Part shown: one piece after another, positions 48,106 through 57,654 of the stretch | Layout: the number at the start of each line of letters is the position of its first letter | Position numbering within the stretch: the stretch's first letter is position 1 | Made by a program: the position numbers and the translations under genes | Assembly (NCBI GenBank): GCA_963666425.2 | Contig: OY762825.2 | Span: forward strand, 736,001-800,000 | Length of the DNA: 64,000 bases | Reading direction: 5' to 3' | Origin: Bacillota bacterium | GTDB taxonomy: Bacteria > Bacillota > JAAYKD01 | Notes under the pieces: generated by a model | The model's database searches: none | What the model saw: the letters and a program-made list of their open reading frames with translations, nothing else | What the model was told of the DNA's origin: nothing

Positions 48106-50553
48106 TCAGTTCGCTTCTGCTGACTGCAGCAAAACCTGATCGATGAACACTCTGGCAATCTTGGGATCAAATTGCGTTCCTGCCGACCTTTCAATTTCGG
48201 CAACTGCGTCTGCTTTACTCATTGCTTTGCGATAAACCCGATCCTCTGTCATCGCATCATATGCATCAACCAGTGCAATCAATCGGGCAGGCAAGGGGAT
48301 TGCTTCTCCGGCCAAACCTTGCGGATAACCTTTGCCATCCCAACGTTCGTGATGGGAATGGATGATGTCTTTGACTGCTGCAAATTGCGGAACAGCCTGC
48401 GCAATACGGTAACCGACTTCCGGATGTTGTTTCATCAACAGCCATTCCTCTTGATTCAGCTTACCCGGTTTGTTGAGAATACTAAAATCGATATTGATTT
48501 TGCCGATATCGTGCAGCGCGGATGCCAAAGCCAATGTGTCTTGGTCTTTCAAGGACATCGAGAGCTGGCGACCCAGCTCTTTCGCCATCCGGGCCATCCG
48601 CTCCGCGTGTTCCTGCGTTTCATTGCTTTTTTCATGCAGGGCAGCCATCAGTGTTACCAACAGTTTGCTGTGAATACCGGATTGGGCTAACAGCTTGCGG
48701 CTGTACATATATTCTTCGGCGATTTTCAAAGTATCATCCAAAGATTGTGTGCTGTTGGTTTTGCTGGCATAGGCAGCGGTGACGTTGGCATAATACCGAT
48801 GCTGAGCCGGTTCGGTTTCCAGGATGGCGATGGATTTACTGATTTGCTCATAAATTGTAACCGCCGTCTCCGCATCCGTCTCGGGCAGAATAATGAAAAA
48901 ATCATCCCCTGCCGCTCTGGTAATCAGGTCCGACGACCGGCAGCAGTGCTTCAATTCTTTGACCAAAGCCATGATCAGCGCATCGCCTTCCTCATGGCCG
49001 TAAGTATCGTTGATTTGTCTTAAGCCGTTGATGTCGCAAACGATCAGGGAAACAGGCAAGGTATTGGCTGCTTCCAGGCGCATCTTTTCTCTTTCGAAAT
49101 AAGCTCTGTTGTAGACACCTGTCAGGGCATCATGATCGCTGAGATATTGGATTGCCGCCTCTTTTTGCTTGCGCTCTGTGATATCACGGCCAACCCCAAC
49201 AATCCCCTGAATTTTCCCCATTTCATCATAATAGGGGCTTTTCAGTAATTCGATGCTGCGTTGTCTGCCTTGTGCGTCGGTGTACTCACTTTCATAAAGA
49301 GTGGCTTTTTGCGCTGTAAAAACGGTCTCCTCATAGAGACTGAATGCGCTGATGCGGGTAGCATCAAAGATATCATAGGGTTTCTTGCCAATGATCTCTT
49401 TTTCAGGCAAACCGGAAAAGCGTTCAAATGCTTTATTGCAGCCAAGATATGCATTATTCAAATCTTTGTAGTAAATCCAATCGGCAGTCGAAGCAAACAA
49501 AGACTGCAGCAGAGATAACTCTGTTTTATATTGATGATATAGAATACGATAATCCTCCAGCATTGTTTCTTTTTGGTTTTTTGCAGTCACCATTTCCGTA
49601 ATATCCTTCATGAGATAGGCATAAGCATGCTCACCGAAAATATCTTTCTCAGTCAGACTGAGGATGGATAAATGCAGCCAAATCAACGAACCATCCGGTC
49701 TGAGGATTCTTTTTTCCACGACATATTCATGGATCGTGGCTGTCAGATGGTTTTTCAACTGAAACAGCGTTTCTACTGCATCATCAGGAGGAGACAAATT
49801 AACCCATCCCTGCTGATAAATATCCTGCTTTGATCTGCCTAAGATTTTTTCGCAGAGCGGGTTGCAGTAAATAAAGCGGTCTTCTACTTCAACGGCAATC
49901 CCAATCGGAGCATTGTTATACAGGGTCCGAAAGCGCAGTTCGCTCTCGGCAACTTTTTTCTTGGATAAGCGGAAGAAAATTTGCGCCGTGATCATCGTGC
50001 CGGCAATCAAAACAGCGAGCGGATAAATCAATAACATCGGCAAGGCAAAATTGCTCAGCAAATCTTTCGCTACTGCAGCCGGCAAAGCGGCAAAACACAA
50101 CAAATTCAAAAACGACAACAGCCAACCGAAGAGATAAAATTCGATATAGACGGTTATTTTTCCTGACAGAAGCTGGTTTCCTCGGCAATGCTGCCAAATC
50201 AAACCGACGGTGGCAGCAACGATCAGCATCAGGATACCGATCCATGCGTCAATGCCGACCAAAAGTAAGAGGAGTACACTGAGCAGCAGAACGGTGATAG
50301 CAGCCGGTATGATGCCAAAAAAAAACGCAGTCAAACCAGCGATGGTAAACTTGGCATCCATGACATACATAGGATCAAAATGCGACATACTCCTGATCAT
50401 GATCATACCGAAGATGGCTGGCACCACGCCCCAAATGGTCTCGAAAAGCAGAGATTTTTTGCGGTAATTTTCCAGAGGGGCTAAATAAGAAGCAGCGCAG
50501 ACGAATAAAATCACTGCATTGACAATCAGATGCTCCAGGATTTCATGATGCAT
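48106..50553 (-). CDS. Membrane-anchored PAS-PAS-GGDEF(degenerate)-HD-GYP c-di-GMP enzyme
   Basis: N-terminal TM block, two PAS domains, DALTG..NR, AGDDF at the GGDEF position, LHDIGK, HHERWDGKGYP. Confidence 0.88.
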   Translation of the reverse strand: MHHEILEHLIVNAVILFVCAASYLAPLENYRKKSLLFETIWGVVPAIFGMIMIRSMSHFDPMYVMDAKFTIAGLTAFFFGIIPAAITVLLLSVLLLLLVGIDAWIGILMLIVAATVGLIWQHCRGNQLLSGKITVYIEFYLFGWLLSFLNLLCFAALPAAVAKDLLSNFALPMLLIYPLAVLIAGTMITAQIFFRLSKKKVAESELRFRTLYNNAPIGIAVEVEDRFIYCNPLCEKILGRSKQDIYQQGWVNLSPPDDAVETLFQLKNHLTATIHEYVVEKRILRPDGSLIWLHLSILSLTEKDIFGEHAYAYLMKDITEMVTAKNQKETMLEDYRILYHQYKTELSLLQSLFASTADWIYYKDLNNAYLGCNKAFERFSGLPEKEIIGKKPYDIFDATRISAFSLYEETVFTAQKATLYESEYTDAQGRQRSIELLKSPYYDEMGKIQGIVGVGRDITERKQKEAAIQYLSDHDALTGVYNRAYFEREKMRLEAANTLPVSLIVCDINGLRQINDTYGHEEGDALIMALVKELKHCCRSSDLITRAAGDDFFIILPETDAETAVTIYEQISKSIAILETEPAQHRYYANVTAAYASKTNSTQSLDDTLKIAEEYMYSRKLLAQSGIHSKLLVTLMAALHEKSNETQEHAERMARMAKELGRQLSMSLKDQDTLALASALHDIGKINIDFSILNKPGKLNQEEWLLMKQHPEVGYRIAQAVPQFAAVKDIIHSHHERWDGKGYPQGLAGEAIPLPARLIALVDAYDAMTEDRVYRKAMSKADAVAEIERSAGTQFDPKIARVFIDQVLLQSAEAN

Positions 50554-51077
50554 ATGGTCACCTTCGTACTTTCTGCTGTGGTTCCATCAACCGATTTGCT
50601 GAAAAATATTCTATCATACTCAAAATTGCCAGAATTTCTATGTTTGGCTATACAAATCACTAGCGCTGTGCTGCCTCGATGCAGTTATACTTCGGGTCGC
50701 AAAGCAAAATGAGTCATCCTGACTTTTTTTAGTATACTACAAATTATGTTTGATTCGCAAGAGGAAATCCATCAATTAAGCATGGTATTATCTAACATAT
50801 CTATAATTTTGGATTTTATCCTGAATTTGTCATATTATTTACACATTATTCCATATACTATTTTATTCTCCGACAAAGTAAAATACCTAAAAAAACAGAG
50901 TGGACTCGCTGTTGCGGCATTCGCATGAACTGATCTGGACTTCTGGAATAAAATATGATATATTGATAGCAGGTGCAGGAATCTTGACATCTTTACCTGA
51001 CTGAACGGGAATATCGCATTGATTTTCAAGCCAAACTCAATCACCCGATTCGATCAGATCTTTGTAGGAGGTAAACT

Positions 51078-51947
51078 ATGAATAACTTCGTCATCCTGAC
51101 AGACTCATGTTGTGATCTTCCTGCCGCGTTGGCAGCAGAATGGAAGGTTGAGGCAGTTCCACTTGCTGTGACCATCGCAGGAAAAACATACCGGAATTTT
51201 CTGGATGAGAAAGAAATCAGCTTTCATGATTTTTATCAATTGCTGAGGGAACATCAGTCTGCCTTAACCACCGCGCCAAATATCGATGATTTTATCAATT
51301 ATATGAAACCCCACTTGGAAAACGGTGAAGATATCCTTTTCCTTGGCTTTTCTTCGGCGCTCAGTGCTTCTTACAATGTCGGAACCATAGTGGCAAAAGA
51401 ATTGTCCGAGCAATTTCCAAAACGCAAAATTCTAACCATTGACAGTCTGAGTGCGTCTCTTGGACAAGGTTTGCTTGTCTCTCTGATGGTGGCAGAGCAG
51501 CAAAAAGGCCGTTCGATTGAAGAAGTCGCTGCATTTGCTGAAAGAATGAAATATCATATCTGTCATTGGTTTATGGTGGAGGATTTGAATCATCTGAAAC
51601 GTGGCGGCAGGATTTCAGCCACCACGGCGATGGTTGGCACTGTTCTTAATATCAAACCGATTTTGCACTTTGATAACGAAGGCAAAATGATCAATATGGA
51701 AAAAGGTCACGGCAGAAACAAATCAATCAGACGTCTGGCTGAGATCGTTTTGGCAACGGCAAAGAACCTAAGTGAACAGACTGTTTACATTTCTCATGCC
51801 GACTGTTTTGAAGATGCCGAACGCCTTGAACAGCTACTAAAAGAACTTGGCGTTCAGAAAACAATGATCAACTACGTTGGACCGGTAATCGGCGCGCATG
51901 CAGGGCCTGGTACCATGGCAGTCTTCTTTATTGCAGATCAACGCTAA
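51078..51947 (+). CDS. DegV-family fatty-acid-binding protein
   Basis: ILTDS.CDL, FSSALS.SY, IDS.SASLGQG, LKRGGRIS, IGAHAGPG. Confidence 0.92.
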   Translation: MNNFVILTDSCCDLPAALAAEWKVEAVPLAVTIAGKTYRNFLDEKEISFHDFYQLLREHQSALTTAPNIDDFINYMKPHLENGEDILFLGFSSALSASYNVGTIVAKELSEQFPKRKILTIDSLSASLGQGLLVSLMVAEQQKGRSIEEVAAFAERMKYHICHWFMVEDLNHLKRGGRISATTAMVGTVLNIKPILHFDNEGKMINMEKGHGRNKSIRRLAEIVLATAKNLSEQTVYISHADCFEDAERLEQLLKELGVQKTMINYVGPVIGAHAGPGTMAVFFIADQR

Positions 51948-51996
51948 AAAGTAAGAGCAATCATTTGGCCTTGCTTCGAATTTGCCGGAACGCAAT

Positions 51997-52025
51997 TTGA
52001 CAAGCCGCTGTTTTCGTGTTATACT
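51997..52025 (+). promoter_or_regulatory. SigA promoter of the thiamine salvage operon
   Basis: TTGACA-17bp-TATACT with an extended -10 TG. Confidence 0.75.
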
Positions 52026-52037
52026 GCGCTTAATTTC

Positions 52038-52128
52038 ATAACAACGGGGGAGCTTGTCAGCAGGCTGAGAGGAAGTAATCGAACTTCGACCCTTATACCT
52101 GATTTGGATAATGCCAACGGAGGAAGTG
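52038..52128 (+). ncRNA. TPP riboswitch
   Basis: GGGGAGC...GCTGAGAG...GACCC...ACCTGAT.TGGATAATGCCA.CG.AGGAAG. Confidence 0.93.
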
Positions 52129-52148
52129 ATAACTGCTTTGTTTAGCAT

Positions 52149-52178
52149 GGATATACCAGTCGGTATATCCTTTTTTTA
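52149..52178 (+). terminator. TPP riboswitch expression-platform terminator
   Basis: GGATATACC-agtc-GGTATATCC followed by a T-run. Confidence 0.85.
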
Positions 52179-52223
52179 TGTTCTAATCCGAATTTGTCTA
52201 AATTCTGCAAGGAGACTTCTATT

Positions 52224-53390
52224 ATGGAAAATAAAAAAACTTCTACCTTCAGCCATGGATTGCTCTGGTTTGGCGCTGCAGTCTCGTTAGCTGAAATTAT
52301 GACCGGGACGCTGCTGGCGCCTTTGGGTTGGCAGCAGGGAATTACCGCTATCCTCAGCGGACATCTGATTGGCTGCCTGCTTTTTTACCTGGCCGGCTTG
52401 ATCGGAGCTAAAACCGGACGCAGTGCGATGGAAACGGTGAAACTGGCCTTTGGGCAAAAAGGTTCGCTGCTTTTTGCCAGTCTGAACATTCTGCAGCTGA
52501 TCGGCTGGACTGCCGTGATGATTTACAGTGGAGCTAACGCAGCCAGTATGATTTTTTTGCATGCCTCCAGCTGGATCTGGAGTCTGCTGATCTGCGGTTT
52601 CCTGATTCTCTGGCTGCTGATCGGGATGAAAAATCTGCATTGGCTGAATACAATTGCTATGACTGGTTTGTTTGCTTTGAGCATCCTGCTCAGCGTTTTG
52701 ATTTTCCGGCAGCGAGCACCGGCAGTTCTCAGCAGCGGTATCCGATTTGGCGCCGCGGTGGAGCTATCGGCAGCCATGCCGCTCTCCTGGCTGCCGCTGA
52801 TTTCAGATTATACCAGCAGTGCCCGCCATCCCAGAGCTGCTGCTCTGATCAGCGCTGTCGTTTACTTTTTTACCAGTTCCTGGATGTATCTGATTGGCAT
52901 GGCAGCTGCCATCTTAACTGGAGAATCTGACGTCACAGCGATTATGATCAAAGCCGGGTTTGGTTTAGCTGGCTTGTTCATTGTGATTTTTTCTACCGTC
53001 ACCACGACGTTTTTGGATGTCTTTTCTGCCGGTGTCAGTGCTTTCAGTATTACGAAACGCTGGTCTGTCAAGCAGACTGCCATTGCCGTCTGTTTGATTG
53101 GCACTCTGTTGGCGATTTTTACCCCGGTGGAGCAATTTGAGAGCTTTCTTTACTTCATTGGCTCGGTCTTTGCACCGATGATTGCCATCCAGGTGGTTGA
53201 CAATTTGATTTTTAAGCAGGATGCTTCACAGCAAAACTTGGGAAAAAAGAATCTGCTGCTTTGGCTGATTGGCTTTTTGCTTTACCGCTATTTTATGACC
53301 ATCAACACTCCGATCGGTAATACGCTGCCCGTCATGCTGATTATAGGCGGACTCTATCTGATCATCAGGCGATTCAAAGGAGGAAAATAG
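52224..53390 (+). CDS. cytX: Putative hydroxymethylpyrimidine transporter
   Basis: LWFGAAVS.AEI.TG, QLIGWTAVMI, AMPLSWLPLISDYT, STVTTTFLD; under a TPP riboswitch. Confidence 0.88.
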   Translation: MENKKTSTFSHGLLWFGAAVSLAEIMTGTLLAPLGWQQGITAILSGHLIGCLLFYLAGLIGAKTGRSAMETVKLAFGQKGSLLFASLNILQLIGWTAVMIYSGANAASMIFLHASSWIWSLLICGFLILWLLIGMKNLHWLNTIAMTGLFALSILLSVLIFRQRAPAVLSSGIRFGAAVELSAAMPLSWLPLISDYTSSARHPRAAALISAVVYFFTSSWMYLIGMAAAILTGESDVTAIMIKAGFGLAGLFIVIFSTVTTTFLDVFSAGVSAFSITKRWSVKQTAIAVCLIGTLLAIFTPVEQFESFLYFIGSVFAPMIAIQVVDNLIFKQDASQQNLGKKNLLLWLIGFLLYRYFMTINTPIGNTLPVMLIIGGLYLIIRRFKGGK

Positions 53391-53392
53391 AA

Positions 53393-54217
53393 ATGTTTGC
53401 TCAAATGCTGGAGAATACCAGGAAATTAAGTCCATTGATTCATTGCATCACCAATTATGTGACAGTTAATGACTGTGCCAATCTATTGCTGGCCTGCGGC
53501 GCCTCCCCTATTATGTCCGACGATGCCGCAGAAGTCGAAGAAATTACCTCAATCTGCAGCGGATTGGATTTGAACATCGGCACGCTGAATCAGCATACCG
53601 TTCCTGCTATGTTTTTAGCCGGGAAAAAGGCCAATGCCTGCCAGCATCCTGTCCTACTCGATCCGGTTGGGGCAGGCGCTTCCCGTTTCCGCAGTGAAAC
53701 CGCTTTGCGCTTACTGCAGGAAGTAAAATTCACGGTCGTACGCGGCAATAGTTCGGAAATCAAGGCTTTGGCTGCCGGCAGTGCTTCCACCAATGGCGTC
53801 GATGCGGCATTGGCAGATCGCATCACCGAGCAAAACCTGGATGAATCGATTGCTTACCTGCAAGCGTTTGCCAAAAAGCTGCAGAGTGTGGTGGCAGTAA
53901 CCGGCGTGATTGATCTGGTTACTGATGGCGAAACGGTCTATATCATCCGCAATGGCCATGCCATGATGAGCCAGATCACCGGCAGCGGCTGCATGCTTTC
54001 CGCTCTGATTACCGCTTATTTGGCAGCAAATCCAAAGCATGCGCTGGAAGCAACGGCTGCGGCAGTCAGCGCCATGGGCTTATGCGGCGAAATGGCCTAT
54101 ACGCGCTATCTGCATCATCATGCCGGCAATGCTTCTTACCGCACTTACCTGATCGATGCGGTCTATCAGCTGGACGGCAAGCAACTGGAAAGCGGTGCCA
54201 ACTATGAACGTCGCTAA
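53393..54217 (+). CDS. thiM: Hydroxyethylthiazole kinase
   Basis: PLIHCITNYVTVNDCAN.LLA.GASPIM, LDPVGAGAS, RGNSSEI, TGSGC. Confidence 0.95.
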   Translation: MFAQMLENTRKLSPLIHCITNYVTVNDCANLLLACGASPIMSDDAAEVEEITSICSGLDLNIGTLNQHTVPAMFLAGKKANACQHPVLLDPVGAGASRFRSETALRLLQEVKFTVVRGNSSEIKALAAGSASTNGVDAALADRITEQNLDESIAYLQAFAKKLQSVVAVTGVIDLVTDGETVYIIRNGHAMMSQITGSGCMLSALITAYLAANPKHALEATAAAVSAMGLCGEMAYTRYLHHHAGNASYRTYLIDAVYQLDGKQLESGANYERR

Positions 54218-54845
54218 AGATGCTTTGCTGCTCTATGCCGTGACCGATCGTTCCTGGCTGGCGGGCCGGACACTGACCCAAGCGGTGGAAGCATCGCTGC
54301 AGGGAGGGGTTACCTTTCTGCAGCTGCGCGAGAAAAGCCTGGATTTTTCAAGCTTTTTGAAGGAAGCCTTCTGCCTGAAAACACTCGCAGCCGCTTATCA
54401 TGTGCCTTTTGTGATCAATGATTCCGTTGAAATAGCACTGGCCTGCGATGCAGACGGCGTGCATGTCGGGCAAAGTGACCAAAGCGTGCGTCTAGCCCGC
54501 GCACTGCTGGGAAATTGTAAGATCATCGGAGCCTCTGTTCAGACGGTTGCACAAGCAAAACAAGCGGAGGCAGAGGGAGCAGATTACCTCGGTGTCGGTG
54601 CCGTCTTTGCTACTGCCTCCAAGCAAGATGCCGATGCGGTATCCCTCACACAACTGAAAGCCATCTGCCAGGCGGTTCGCCTGCCGGTGGTTGCCATCGG
54701 CGGCATCCAGCCACAGAATATTCTGCAGCTTGCCGGCAGCGGCATCGCAGGTGCCGCGATGATCTCAGCTATCTACGCCGAACCAGACATTCGAGTGGCT
54801 GCTGCACAATTGAAAACTCTTTGTCAACAGTGGCTGGCAAAATGA
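54204..54845 (+). CDS. thiE: Thiamine-phosphate synthase
   Basis: LYAVTDR, QLREK, INDS, DGVHVGQSD, GADYLGVGAVF.T.SK, VAIGGI. Confidence 0.95.
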   Translation: MNVAKDALLLYAVTDRSWLAGRTLTQAVEASLQGGVTFLQLREKSLDFSSFLKEAFCLKTLAAAYHVPFVINDSVEIALACDADGVHVGQSDQSVRLARALLGNCKIIGASVQTVAQAKQAEAEGADYLGVGAVFATASKQDADAVSLTQLKAICQAVRLPVVAIGGIQPQNILQLAGSGIAGAAMISAIYAEPDIRVAAAQLKTLCQQWLAK

Positions 54846-54870
54846 AAATAGGAAAGGGTGACTCCTCACG

Positions 54871-55665
54871 ATGAAAAAAGTACTGACCATTGCCGGTTCC
54901 GACTGCAGCGGCGGGGCGGGGATTCAGGCCGACATTAAAACCATAACAGCACATAAAATGTATGCGATGAGCGTGATCACTGCTCTGACGGCGCAAAATA
55001 CCACCGGAGTCTACGGCATCATGGAAGCAACACCGGAATTTGTTGCTCAACAGATCACTTGTGTTTTCCAGGATATCCGCCCCGATGCGGTAAAAATCGG
55101 CATGGTATCTAGCAGTCAGATCATCCAGGCAATCGCCGGCCAGTTAAAAGAATACAAAGCGGAAAACATCGTGCTCGACCCGGTGATGGTTTCCACCAGC
55201 GGCAGCCAATTAATTTCCGAGCAAGCGCTGCAAACCTTGATCAAGGAATTGCTGCCTTTGGCTGCGGTGATCACACCTAACATTCCGGAGGCTAGCATTC
55301 TTTGCGGTTTTCCCATCCACAATCAGGAAGAGATGCAGCGCGCGGCAGCTGTCATCGCAAAAACGTTGGATGGCGCCGTGCTGATTAAGGGAGGTCACCT
55401 GGTCAGTGAGGCAACCGATTTGCTCTATGTCAACGGTACGGCAACCTGGTTTTCTGCTCCACGCATCAACAACCCCAATACGCATGGTACCGGCTGCACC
55501 TTGTCCTCTGCGATTGCCTGCAACCTGGCGGCCGGCAAGACGCTGGCAGACAGTATCACCGCTGCAAAAAAATATCTTTCCGGTGCCCTAGAAGCCGGTC
55601 TTAATCTTGGCCGGGGCAGCGGGCCTTTGGATCATACCTATCGGATCAACGACTGGGTCTGCTAA
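54871..55665 (+). CDS. thiD: Hydroxymethylpyrimidine/phosphomethylpyrimidine kinase
   Basis: LTIAGSDCSGGAGIQAD.KT, TAQNT, DPVM, TPN.PEA, HGTGCTLSSA. Confidence 0.95.
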   Translation: MKKVLTIAGSDCSGGAGIQADIKTITAHKMYAMSVITALTAQNTTGVYGIMEATPEFVAQQITCVFQDIRPDAVKIGMVSSSQIIQAIAGQLKEYKAENIVLDPVMVSTSGSQLISEQALQTLIKELLPLAAVITPNIPEASILCGFPIHNQEEMQRAAAVIAKTLDGAVLIKGGHLVSEATDLLYVNGTATWFSAPRINNPNTHGTGCTLSSAIACNLAAGKTLADSITAAKKYLSGALEAGLNLGRGSGPLDHTYRINDWVC

Positions 55666-55872
55666 AACCTGCTATTTCAGATGAAACCTCTTATCGCCTC
55701 ACCATCTTATCGGATCCGGGCAACCTTCCTGTCAGTAAGCTCCTTTTCGCTTCGTATCGCACTGTCGCTTTTCGCTTTATACTGAAGATGCGCAAGAAAG
55801 AATTGATTTTTAACGCATGGCTGTATATAATATGTTCGAACTAATTGACTTCGAAGCAAAGGAGCCTCTGTT

Positions 55873-56553
55873 ATGAAAAGATTAATCGTATTTCTGAATG
55901 CCATCCTGGCCGGCTTTTCGATCGGTTTGGGGGGAACGGTTTTCCTGAAATTAAAGGATGCCTTTCCCGGCGGCAATGTAGTTGGCGCGCTGCTTTTTAC
56001 CGTAGGTCTCTTCCTCGTTTGCACCAGAGGCTACAGCCTTTATACAGGAAAGGTCTGCTATATCTTCGACAATAAGCCTTCCTATTTATTGGATGTGCTG
56101 ATCATCTGGATCGGCAATTTACTTGGCTGCTTATTGATTGCGGGATTGGAAAATCTGACAACCATGAGCGGAGTGACTGCCGGGATCAATGTCACCGCTG
56201 CAGCGATGGTGGCCGGAAAACTCAATTCTTCCCTGTTAAGCCTCTTTATCTTAGGTGCTTTTTGTAATATTTTCATCTTCATTGGCGTCAACGGTTATGT
56301 CAAGAATCCGCATGAACTGGGTAAATATCTGGCGATGTTCTTAGGCGTTTCCATCTTTATTATCTGCGGAACCGAGCACAGCGTAGCCGATATGTATTAT
56401 ATGGCCGTTTCAAAAACCCTCTTCACGCAGCCGGCCGAATGTTTTTTACGTCTCTTTGTGATTACGCTCGGCAATCTGGTCGGCGGTGTCTTCCTGCCGC
56501 TGATGGAAAAGCTGAGAGAAAAACTGGCGGAAGAGAAAAAAATAGCTGCTTGA
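55873..56553 (+). CDS. Formate/nitrite transporter family protein
   Basis: AILAG..IG.GG, LFTVGL...LYTGK, GN..G, G.FCN, FI.CG.EHSVADM. Confidence 0.85.
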   Translation: MKRLIVFLNAILAGFSIGLGGTVFLKLKDAFPGGNVVGALLFTVGLFLVCTRGYSLYTGKVCYIFDNKPSYLLDVLIIWIGNLLGCLLIAGLENLTTMSGVTAGINVTAAAMVAGKLNSSLLSLFILGAFCNIFIFIGVNGYVKNPHELGKYLAMFLGVSIFIICGTEHSVADMYYMAVSKTLFTQPAECFLRLFVITLGNLVGGVFLPLMEKLREKLAEEKKIAA

Positions 56554-56559
56554 TTTCGT

Positions 56560-56594
56560 AAAAAAAGCACGACGCATGCATCGTGCTTTTTTTT
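56560..56594. terminator. Terminator hairpin
   Basis: AAAAAAAGCACGA...TCGTGCTTTTTTT. Confidence 0.8.
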
Positions 56595-56666
56595 ATCGAT
56601 TGACTCCTTTTTTTAACAGAGTATAATGAAACCAATGCAACAAATTCACGCCATCAGGAGAACTCT

Positions 56667-57548
56667 ATGAACGCAAAAAGGAATCTGATCCTGTCCATGA
56701 CGGCATTCGGTACCATCGGACTCTTTGTTAGAAATATCCCACTGACCTCGGCAGAAATCGCTTTTTTTCGAGCCGTGATCGCAGCGGTTTGTTTGCTCAT
56801 CTATAAATTGGTCACAAAATCTCAACTCCGATTCTCCGAGATTAAAAGTGATTTACCGCTGCTCTTCTTATCCGGAGCAGCCATGGGTTTCAACTGGGTT
56901 TTCTTGTTTGAAGCGTATCAGTATACCAGCATCTCTCTTGCTACGATGAGTTATTATTTTGCACCGGTGATTGTCATGGTTGTCAGTCCGCTTCTATTCC
57001 ATGAAAAGCTGACGCGCGCTCAGATCTTTTGCTTTATGATGTCCACTATCGGCTTGATTCTGGTGATCAGCAACGGTAGTTTCTCCGGCGGCAGTCAAAA
57101 TTTAAAAGGCATTCTGTTTGGGCTCGGCGCGGCGCTGTTCTATGCCACTGTCATCCTGCTCAACAAAAGCATCCGCAAGGTTAGCGGCATCGATCGTACA
57201 CTGCTGCAATTTTTGGCAGTGATTTTCGTCTTATTTCCTTATTTGCAGCTCAGCGGCGGCATTCATACCGCAACGCTGACAAGCTTTGGTTTGATCAATC
57301 TCCTCTTCGTGGGTGTTCTGCATACCGGCATCACCTATTGCCTCTATTTGTCTTCCCTGAAAGACTTGAAGGGTCAGGAAGCGGCACTTCTCAGTTATAT
57401 CGACCCTTTGGTGGCGGTGCTGATTTCCGTCTTATTTTTAAAGGAAAACATTACCTGGCAGCAAATCCTTGGCGGTCTGATGATTTTAGGATTTACGCTG
57501 CTCAATGAAATCAAAGCGAAACAAACCCCCACCAATGCGGACGACTGA
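56667..57548 (+). CDS. EamA/DMT-family transporter
   Basis: FGTIGLFVR, NW.FLFEAY, YYFAP, HTG..Y.LY, LSYIDP; ten TM helices. Confidence 0.9.
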   Translation: MNAKRNLILSMTAFGTIGLFVRNIPLTSAEIAFFRAVIAAVCLLIYKLVTKSQLRFSEIKSDLPLLFLSGAAMGFNWVFLFEAYQYTSISLATMSYYFAPVIVMVVSPLLFHEKLTRAQIFCFMMSTIGLILVISNGSFSGGSQNLKGILFGLGAALFYATVILLNKSIRKVSGIDRTLLQFLAVIFVLFPYLQLSGGIHTATLTSFGLINLLFVGVLHTGITYCLYLSSLKDLKGQEAALLSYIDPLVAVLISVLFLKENITWQQILGGLMILGFTLLNEIKAKQTPTNADD

Positions 57549-57604
57549 CGCGATCCACCGCGGCCATCCGTTGCAGAATCGATGGCTGTCTCCTATTACC
57601 CAAC

Positions 57605-57645
57605 AAAAAAAGCGTTGCCTTGCATCCAGCGAGACAACGCTTTTT
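57605..57645. terminator. Bidirectional terminator
   Basis: AAAAAGCGTTG...CAACGCTTTTT. Confidence 0.75.
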
Positions 57646-57654
57646 CTATTTTCC

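Noticed and set aside
50660-50740. c-di-GMP-I riboswitch suggested by GGTCGCAAAGC near the HD-GYP gene
   Set aside because: The GGCAAA/GAAA first stem is missing and the motif is on the strand opposite to the gene.
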